Source: Candidatus Nitrospira inopinata
GTDB lineage: Bacteria; Nitrospirota; Nitrospiria; Nitrospirales; Nitrospiraceae
Assembly: GCF_001458695.1 (NCBI RefSeq)
Contig: NZ_LN885086.1
Location: 3,000,001-3,032,000 of the forward strand
Direction: 5' to 3'
DNA: 32,000 nt
The translations under genes were made by a program, and so were the position numbers. The notes under the pieces are model-generated. The model was not told the DNA's origin and ran no database searches. It saw nothing but the letters and a program-made list of their open reading frames with translations. Position 1 is the stretch's first letter. Each line of letters opens with the position of its first letter. Positions 25,551 to 32,000 of this stretch are shown one piece after another.

Positions 25551-26570
25551 TTAGAGGTGAAGCACGGTCAACGGCGACGGATCCTCCACCGCCTGTCGCA
25601 CGGCAGCCGCGACGTGACCGACGGTCAACCGGTCCAGACAATCCCAAAAGGGGCAAGCGGTGCCGAGACATTTTTCGCAGGTGGGGACATCGGGACGGAG
25701 CAATAAGCCGGTCCCCAACGGCCGCCATCTTGTAGGTAGATTGTTGCGACGCGGATCAAAGAGACTGACCACCGCCGTCCCCAGCGCCGCCGCCATGTGC
25801 GCCGGCCCGGTGGCTCCGGACACCACCACGTCGGCAGCGGCAATCACCCCCATGAGTTCGCGAACCGAGAGACGGCCCATCAGATTGGAGATTCCGAAGG
25901 AAGGCGGCGTTTTTGACCACACTTCGCGGTCAAACTCTCTTTGCTCCTTCTCGCTGCCGGTCAAGACGACCCCATATCCCCGTCGCGCCAATTCAACAGC
26001 AAGATCCCCAAAATGCCCCAACCTCCACCGTCGCGCGGAATGGCCTCCCGGGTGAACAACAACTCTCGGTCTCGACAATTCCTTCCACCACTGTGCGCCA
26101 TCCTGTCGTTCCTCCTCGCTCACGACCAAAAACGGAAGGTTTCCCGTTTGCGGATACAAGCCCAATCCTTTGAGCATCTCCACGTTGTATTCTGACTCGT
26201 GCTTCAAAAATTCGCTGCGGTGCTCGTAAATCCGCCGATTGGCCAACAGACTGTACCAGCGGAATCCCGTCGCGACGCGAATCGGCACGCGCGCCAGAAA
26301 GGCCGCCCACATGAGACGTCGAAACGGCTTGAGAAAGAGCGCCGCGTCCACGCCGTTGGAAAATGCCGCGCGCAAAGTGCGGAGTGAATCTGTCCATCGC
26401 ATCGTGCGGACATAATCCACGGCAGGATGGCGGTCAAGAATCGGCGCGGCCACCGGACCGGCCAGGAACCCGATTTTGACGCCGGGAACGAGCCGCCTTA
26501 ACTCCGTCGCCACCGGAATCGACAAGATCACGTCGCCGATACCGTCCGGTCTGACAATGAGCACGTTCAT
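25551..26570 (-). CDS. Family-9 glycosyltransferase (third heptosyltransferase-type enzyme)
   Basis: The ORF-track entry extends to 26864. MNVLIVRPDGIGDVILSIPVATEL starts at ATG 26570 (ATGA overlap with the waaC stop). SGATGPAHMAAALGTAVVSLF is present. Confidence 0.85.
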   Translation of the reverse strand: MNVLIVRPDGIGDVILSIPVATELRRLVPGVKIGFLAGPVAAPILDRHPAVDYVRTMRWTDSLRTLRAAFSNGVDAALFLKPFRRLMWAAFLARVPIRVATGFRWYSLLANRRIYEHRSEFLKHESEYNVEMLKGLGLYPQTGNLPFLVVSEEERQDGAQWWKELSRPRVVVHPGGHSARRWRLGHFGDLAVELARRGYGVVLTGSEKEQREFDREVWSKTPPSFGISNLMGRLSVRELMGVIAAADVVVSGATGPAHMAAALGTAVVSLFDPRRNNLPTRWRPLGTGLLLRPDVPTCEKCLGTACPFWDCLDRLTVGHVAAAVRQAVEDPSPLTVLHL

Positions 26571-27640
26571 GGAGAAACCGAAGACTCGTCGATTACGCGC
26601 CGGGCAGTCTCGACTACTTCGCCGGGCTCGATGCGACGCAAACACTCGATCTCCGGCTCGTGCCGACAGACACGGCTGAAACAGGGACGGCAGGAAACCG
26701 GCTTTGCCAACACCTGGTGGCCCGCTCCATAGGGGCCGGTGCGCACTTCGCTCGTCGGCCCGAACAGCGCGATGACCCGACATCCCACCGCCGCGGCGAT
26801 ATGCATCGGACCTGAATCGTTCGTGATCAAGAGAGCCGCCCTTGAAAGAAAAGCCGGCAGACAACCCAGCGGAATCTTGCCCGTGAAATCGATGAACGGA
26901 CTTCCGGCAATCGCTCGCAGTTGCTCCGCATCAGACCGATCGCCGACGCTCCCGATCACCACGACCGGTCCGAGTCCTTCACCCTGCAATCGGTCCACCA
27001 CCTCGGCAAACGATGAGAGCGCCCACCGTTTGGTCGGCCATCGGGCGGAGACATTCACGGCGATCCAGGGCCGATCGATCATCAGCCCTTCCCGCGCACA
27101 GACATCCCGAATGATTTCCCAATCGCGGCCAAACGAGGTGAACGAAAACCTGGGCGTGCCGGACGATCGAATACCCAAGGACTGGGCCACGAGCAGGTAC
27201 CGATCGACCGCGTGCATTTCCGCCGTCGGAACAGGCACGCGCGTCGTGTAGAACCAGGGACTGCCTTCCCTCGCATTGGCAAAACCGATGCGCGCGGGAG
27301 CGCCGCTGAACCAAGCGAGCGCTCCGCTGCGGAGCAGGCCCTGCAAGTCGATCGCGAGATGGAACCGCTCGGCCCGCAGGCGCCGCGCCTGCTCGATCCA
27401 ACCGTGCGCCGTTTCATCCACCGGCCACACTCGATCGACTCCTTCGATCCGCTCCACCAGATCCGCCCAGCGTCGCTTGACGACCCAGGTCAGATGGGCT
27501 TCCGGCCAGGCGGTTTTGATCGCCGAGGCCACGGGCATCGCATGGACGATATCGCCGAGGGAACTGGGTTTGATCAACAAAATGCGGGCTCGACTGAACT
27601 GAGAAACCGCAAACTGATCGTCGGCCGTAGCGGCGCGCAT
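26567..27640 (-). CDS. waaC: ADP-heptose:LPS heptosyltransferase I-like (GT9)
   Basis: ILLIKPSSLGDIVHAMPVASAIKTAWPEAHLTWVV matches the heptosyltransferase I opening (SSlGDvvH..P). NDSGPMHIAAAVGCRVIALFGPT is present. Confidence 0.75.
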   Translation of the reverse strand: MRAATADDQFAVSQFSRARILLIKPSSLGDIVHAMPVASAIKTAWPEAHLTWVVKRRWADLVERIEGVDRVWPVDETAHGWIEQARRLRAERFHLAIDLQGLLRSGALAWFSGAPARIGFANAREGSPWFYTTRVPVPTAEMHAVDRYLLVAQSLGIRSSGTPRFSFTSFGRDWEIIRDVCAREGLMIDRPWIAVNVSARWPTKRWALSSFAEVVDRLQGEGLGPVVVIGSVGDRSDAEQLRAIAGSPFIDFTGKIPLGCLPAFLSRAALLITNDSGPMHIAAAVGCRVIALFGPTSEVRTGPYGAGHQVLAKPVSCRPCFSRVCRHEPEIECLRRIEPGEVVETARRVIDESSVSP

Positions 27641-27692
27641 GGAACGTCCTTGTTATCGAGCGACTAAAAAGGGAGGGCGCGGTCGAGGCCGG

Positions 27693-28739
27693 TCAAGCGA
27701 CCCCGTTGCCCGCCTCGATCGAGAAACGGGCCCGCAACTCCCGTCCATAGAGATCGTCGAGGAGCTCCTTGCCGCTCGATACGGCAGCCGTCTCCCTTCG
27801 TTCTTCGAGCGATCGACAAAACCGTTGCCACGCCCGCACATAGGGCATCGGCGTCAGATGATGCCGCCAAGCACTGTGCCCTCGGACGATCCGAGCGATC
27901 CATTCGTAGTTGCCGGGAATATCGAGGGCGGCGCCGTTTACGATGGGCGCTTCCTCTCTCCCGAACACCATCGTGATATTCCCGCCGTCTCGAGAGATGA
28001 CGTGCCGGACCTCGCGCAATCCCTGTTTCTTGGCCAACCGGCGCAGCGTCACGACATTGAAATTGTAAAGATGCGCCTCATGAAACGTGTTCTTGGGGGC
28101 CTGGCAGGTCGCCTCCACGTTCGGCACCTCGACGACCAACCTTCCACCTGGCTTGAGCCAGGATCGGAGCAGCGCCAATACCGCTCCTGGATCTTCCGTA
28201 TGTTCGAGTACGTGCCAGATCGTCACCACGTCGAACGACTCGGGGAGAAACGCCGCGTCTTGCACAAAACCCACCTGGACCGTCAATCCATATTCTCGTA
28301 TCGAATACTCCGCGTATCCCTTGTTGGGCTCGACACCTTGGACCTGATGCCCCAGTGATCGGAGCAGATAGGCGAACTCCCCTCCGCCGGTCCCCACGTC
28401 CAAAACGAGCTTGGGGCTCGCCAGCAGGTCCTTAATCTTTTCAAAGCGTGAAAGCGCCACTTTCCCTGCCCGCAGAACATGTTTGGGCTTCGGCTGGTAG
28501 GTGTGTTTATAGGAGAGACGATACTCTTCTTCGTAGAACTGCCTCGCGTCATGGGGACGAGGATCGGACCAGACCAGTCCGCAGCTTCGACAGATGACGG
28601 TCCGTAGCGGCTTCCCACTGCGACTGCGATTCGACAGGGTGGAGACGTCCGTTCCCCCGCACAGGTTGCAAGGTATTGAGGAGGACTCTCTCCCTGCTCG
28701 TCCCCCTTCTCCAGTTTGTTCGCGCATGATCTCAGCCAT
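27693..28739 (-). CDS. Class I SAM-dependent methyltransferase with an N-terminal Cys4 zinc ribbon
   Basis: CNLCGG...CRSCG ribbon, motif I VLDVGTGGGEFA, then IWHVLEHTEDP..LKPGGRLVV. ATG at 28739, with an 8-nt overlap with the waaF::gmhB stop. Confidence 0.8.
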   Translation of the reverse strand: MAEIMREQTGEGGRAGRESSSIPCNLCGGTDVSTLSNRSRSGKPLRTVICRSCGLVWSDPRPHDARQFYEEEYRLSYKHTYQPKPKHVLRAGKVALSRFEKIKDLLASPKLVLDVGTGGGEFAYLLRSLGHQVQGVEPNKGYAEYSIREYGLTVQVGFVQDAAFLPESFDVVTIWHVLEHTEDPGAVLALLRSWLKPGGRLVVEVPNVEATCQAPKNTFHEAHLYNFNVVTLRRLAKKQGLREVRHVISRDGGNITMVFGREEAPIVNGAALDIPGNYEWIARIVRGHSAWRHHLTPMPYVRAWQRFCRSLEERRETAAVSSGKELLDDLYGRELRARFSIEAGNGVA

Positions 28740-30525
28740 GGTTCTGCGTCACGCCGGTTGGGCTATCAGAGACCGGTCGTGCATCAAGACCGCGATGCTC
28801 TTCGGCTCGTCGAACGGCCTCCTGACAAAACCGACTCTGCACATCTCCCCGAATCCATTCCGCAGCCTCCTCAAGCGACGAGGCGACATGATCGGGAACC
28901 ACACCGGCGTCACCAAGCCCTTCCACCTGTTGCGGCGTCACGGCCCCTGTGGTCACCAACACGGCCCGCGCTCCCACTCGCTTGGCCAATTCCATATCGC
29001 GCGCCCGATCACCGATGAGATAGGAACGGGACAGATCGATACCATGTTCGCGGACGGCCCGATCCACCAGGCCGATTTTCGGCTTCCGGCATTCGCAGCC
29101 GTCATCGGGGTGATGGGGGCATACATAAACGGCATCGAGAGTCACCCCCGCTTCGCCGAGGAGGCGGGCAAGTTTTTCGTGAATCGCCTCCAGATCCCTC
29201 ATGGACAGAAACCCTCTGGCCACCCCCGATTGGTTCGTCACGACGATCAATCGAGCCCCGGCTCGTTTGAGTTCGGCCAGCGCATCGGCGACGCCGGGGA
29301 AAAGCTCGTACTGATCCGGCGAGCGGATGTAGCCGGGGTCGGGATTCAACGTCCCATCGCGGTCCAGAAACACGGTGACACCGGCCAGGCCGGCGATCAC
29401 GTCGGCAGACTGCCGGGCTTTTGCACCATGATCTTTGGATGAATCTCGCGCCGATTCACACCTTGTCCCGTCGCTTCTTCGTATCTGCCGCAACACCGTC
29501 TCGTACACCTCACCGACCGCCACTCCGGTCATACATCGATGGTCGATTGGACATTCTCGCAAAAGACAAGGGGCGCAATCGACCGGCGCCCGCACGATGC
29601 AGTCTTTCTGCCCATAAGGCGACGTCGTGCGCCAATCCGTCGGACCGAAGATCGCCGTGACCGGCACGCCGAAGGCCGCGGCGATGTGCATCGGGCCGGT
29701 ATCGTTGGTCAGCAGCAGTCGACACCGCTTGATCGCCGCCATCAATTCTCGAATCGTCGTCGTCCCGGACAAGACCGCCGTTCGTGCGTTGATCTGAGCC
29801 GCAATCCGTCGGCCCAATGTTTCTTCCCCCTTGGCGCCAATGATCACCACCGCCGCCTCTCTTTCCTCATCCCCTCGCAATCGTCCGACCAGCCGTTGCG
29901 CGACCTCCGCAAAGCGATCGGGCAGCCATCGTTTGGCCGCTCCGTAGGTGGAGCCGGGATTGATCCCGATGACGAGATCCGACGGTCCGATTCCCGCCGA
30001 CGCCAGTCTCTCGCCCATCGTCCGTTCCTCATCCGGCGAGACGGTCAGCGCCGGAACCATCGGCTCTCCGTTCAGCCCCAGCGGTTTGAGCAGGTTCCAG
30101 TAATAGGCGACTTGATGAACAGGTTTCCCAAGGTCCGGAACCGCGACCGGATCGGTCAGAAACATGGCGCGCCCATCGGTGGCATACCCGTATCGGCGCG
30201 GGATGCCGGCCAGCCAGGTCAGAAACGCCGCTTCGAAGGCGTTTTGAAACAACACGGCCAGATCGAATCGGTGCCGGCGCAGAGTCTCGGCGAGCGCCCA
30301 TTTTCCCGAAAGGCCGGCGTGCAGACGACGGTCGTCATAGAGGACGATCCGGTCCACGCCTGCGTCACCCGAGAACAGTTCCGCGACGGAGGGCTTCGCC
30401 AGCACCGTCAGTTCCGCCTGAGGAAACAACGACCGGAGCCCGCGCAACGCAGGCTCGCACATGACGGCGTCGCCGATCCAATTCGGCGCCCGCGCGACAA
30501 GCCGCTTGATCGATTCCCTACGCAC
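28732..30525 (-). CDS. Fusion protein: heptosyltransferase II-like GT9 (N-terminal) plus D-glycero-D-manno-heptose-1,7-bisphosphate 7-phosphatase GmhB (C-terminal)
   Basis: N-terminal: NWIGDAVMCEPALRGL, NDTGPMHIAAAFGVPVTAIFGPT. C-terminal, from about aa 385: FLDRDGTLN (HAD motif I), VVTNQSG, the zinc loop CPHHPDDGCECRKP, and IGDRARD. It is a single 597-codon frame with no internal stop. GTG start at 30525, overlapping lpxK by 8 nt. Confidence 0.85.
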   Translation of the reverse strand: MRRESIKRLVARAPNWIGDAVMCEPALRGLRSLFPQAELTVLAKPSVAELFSGDAGVDRIVLYDDRRLHAGLSGKWALAETLRRHRFDLAVLFQNAFEAAFLTWLAGIPRRYGYATDGRAMFLTDPVAVPDLGKPVHQVAYYWNLLKPLGLNGEPMVPALTVSPDEERTMGERLASAGIGPSDLVIGINPGSTYGAAKRWLPDRFAEVAQRLVGRLRGDEEREAAVVIIGAKGEETLGRRIAAQINARTAVLSGTTTIRELMAAIKRCRLLLTNDTGPMHIAAAFGVPVTAIFGPTDWRTTSPYGQKDCIVRAPVDCAPCLLRECPIDHRCMTGVAVGEVYETVLRQIRRSDGTRCESARDSSKDHGAKARQSADVIAGLAGVTVFLDRDGTLNPDPGYIRSPDQYELFPGVADALAELKRAGARLIVVTNQSGVARGFLSMRDLEAIHEKLARLLGEAGVTLDAVYVCPHHPDDGCECRKPKIGLVDRAVREHGIDLSRSYLIGDRARDMELAKRVGARAVLVTTGAVTPQQVEGLGDAGVVPDHVASSLEEAAEWIRGDVQSRFCQEAVRRAEEHRGLDARPVSDSPTGVTQNHG

Positions 30526-31600
30526 CGGTCTCCCGTCTTATTCCTTTTTCTTCGAGAATCAGACGTCGCAGCCGCTCCAGCCCCCGGAGGATCTCCACGC
30601 GAATCCGCAACGCCCACCAGGAGTCCTCCGGCTCAAGAAAGGGCGACAATTTCCCGGCATCTTTCTCCGTCGTCAGCACCAGCTCGGCGCCAGCGGCCTT
30701 CGCCTCTGATCGAACCCGGCGGACATCATCCAAGCGATAGTGATGATGATCGCCGAAGATGGTCTCGCCGGCAATCGTCACACCTGCCGCCTCGGCCGAC
30801 CGGCGGAACGATTGGCCGTTGCCGATGCCGCTCACCAGCCATGCTCGTTTCCCTTGGGCCCATTCGAGCGGCCGATTCCCATCACCCCGCGCCGATACCA
30901 GCGACTCCGGCCTGAACGAAACCTCGATCTCGTCGTTGAAGGTGACGCCGGCTTTCCTCAGCCGCTGATGAACTGCCTCGACGTTTTCTCGCGAATCGGC
31001 CCTCGTGACGACCACCGCCGTCGCGCGAGCCAGCCCCTCCAGCGGCTCACGCAGACGACCGGCCGGCACCAGCGCGTCGAGCCCCGCCGCATCGGTCGCA
31101 TCGACCAAGACCACGTCAACGTCCCGATGAAGTCTCCGATGTTGAAATCCATCGTCCAAGACCACGCAATCCACCTTGTGCTGCGCCAAAACCCATCGGC
31201 CCACCTCTGTTCGGTCCGCCCCTACCGCCACAATCGCGGAGGGACATCGCTTGGCGATGAGAAACGGTTCATCGCCCGCCTCCGACGGCCCGGCCAGCAA
31301 CCGAACTCCATCGGAGACCAGCAACCGATCAGCTCCTTTCATCCGTTTATAGCCACGGCTCAACACGGCGACCTTCAGCCCCTCGGCTTGCAACCATTCC
31401 GTCAGCAAGATGACGACCGGCGTTTTGCCGGTTCCGCCGACGGTGAGATTGCCCACGCTCACGACCCTGCAGGGCAATCGGGACGGCGTCGCCCGGCCGA
31501 GTCGATACCACCAGCCGTGCGATCGCACGAGCAGGCCATAGAAAAACGCGGCCCATCGAAGCCACGTCCGGACCGGTTGTCCGGGCTGCAAGAGCGCCAT
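30518..31600 (-). CDS. lpxK: Tetraacyldisaccharide 4'-kinase
   Basis: VVSVGNLTVGGTGKTPVV P-loop, VLSRGY and LDDGFQH. ATG at 31600. Confidence 0.9.
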   Translation of the reverse strand: MALLQPGQPVRTWLRWAAFFYGLLVRSHGWWYRLGRATPSRLPCRVVSVGNLTVGGTGKTPVVILLTEWLQAEGLKVAVLSRGYKRMKGADRLLVSDGVRLLAGPSEAGDEPFLIAKRCPSAIVAVGADRTEVGRWVLAQHKVDCVVLDDGFQHRRLHRDVDVVLVDATDAAGLDALVPAGRLREPLEGLARATAVVVTRADSRENVEAVHQRLRKAGVTFNDEIEVSFRPESLVSARGDGNRPLEWAQGKRAWLVSGIGNGQSFRRSAEAAGVTIAGETIFGDHHHYRLDDVRRVRSEAKAAGAELVLTTEKDAGKLSPFLEPEDSWWALRIRVEILRGLERLRRLILEEKGIRRETGA

Positions 31601-31773
31601 ATCAGCTCGGCGTCTCCCCGGCCATTACAACGCACCGACCGAGCGCCTGAAGGTCGCCGCGCACGTCCCTTCTTGGATTCATCTCCCTTGCCCACGTTCC
31701 GAGTGGCTTGACGACGTTCTCCTTCAACGAGCAACCGATACTCGACGTTTTGATGACTCCTTCGCCCTACAGG

Positions 31774-32000
31774 TCACGAAGGCCGGAGGGAACGGTGCGA
31801 TGTCTCTATGGCGTTGAAGCACGATTCGATCAAGTCCAGTGTTCGTTGCAGAGCGCCTTGATTGTCCGACACGACGCGCCGCGCGGCCCCTCCGACGCGC
31901 TCGCGGGCATGGGGATCGGCAAGCCATTCGCCGCACACACGCACCAATTCTTCCACGTCTCTTACACGCCGGCCTCCTCCCGCTTCTTCCAACATGGTCG
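31774..32000 (-). CDS. waaA: Kdo transferase WaaA/KdtA, 3' end only (the gene enters from the right edge)
   Basis: The frame is open to the window edge. ..MLEEAGGGRRVRDVEELVRVCGEWLADPHARERVGGAARRVVSDNQGALQRTLDLI matches the WaaA C-terminal pattern (ga..v.d..eL....ll.dp..r..mg..a...v..n.GA..rtl). Its position next to lpxK fits. Confidence 0.7.
   Translation of the reverse strand, partial: TMLEEAGGGRRVRDVEELVRVCGEWLADPHARERVGGAARRVVSDNQGALQRTLDLIESCFNAIETSHRSLRPS

Noticed and set aside
29539-31711. Two long plus-strand ORFs (29539..30915 and 30740..31711)
   Set aside because: They are antisense to waaF::gmhB and lpxK, are Arg/Pro-rich and have no motifs. Shadow ORFs.

Overview
The window is one long LPS/O-antigen biogenesis locus from a high-GC diderm, transcribed almost entirely on the minus strand. 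Most gene junctions overlap by 1-14 nt (ATGA, GTGA, TGATG). In transcription order (right to left) it contains four blocks. (1) Lipid A/core: waaA (partial), lpxK, a waaF::gmhB fusion, a methyltransferase, waaC and a third GT9. (2) Regulatory string: a wHTH-Rossmann regulator, an MNT/HEPN toxin-antitoxin pair and a NusG paralog. (3) Nucleotide-sugar genes: a DegT aminotransferase, cysC, gmd, fcl, rfbB, rfbA and rfbC. (4) A junction zone near 15.5-16.8 kb, holding an intact plus-strand vapBC plus fragments of a second rfbC, an MNT gene and an fkbM tail. Next comes a low-GC island of about 5.4 kb (wzx and three methyltransferases, one fused to a kinase-like domain). It is followed by a glycosyltransferase fragment, fkbM, four glycosyltransferases, an SDR epimerase, a decayed plus-strand vapBC, a WecA-like initiating transferase, a GT25, an O-antigen-ligase-family protein and a partial GT2. 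I saw no rRNA, tRNA, CRISPR array, transposase or integrase. The most interesting points are the kinase-like/methyltransferase fusion inside the foreign island, the recombination scars on both island flanks, the waaF::gmhB fusion, an orphan APS kinase, and four TA-derived loci at the module boundaries. All family calls come from reading motifs by eye; no database search was run. Several start codons are ambiguous and are flagged in the feature evidence.
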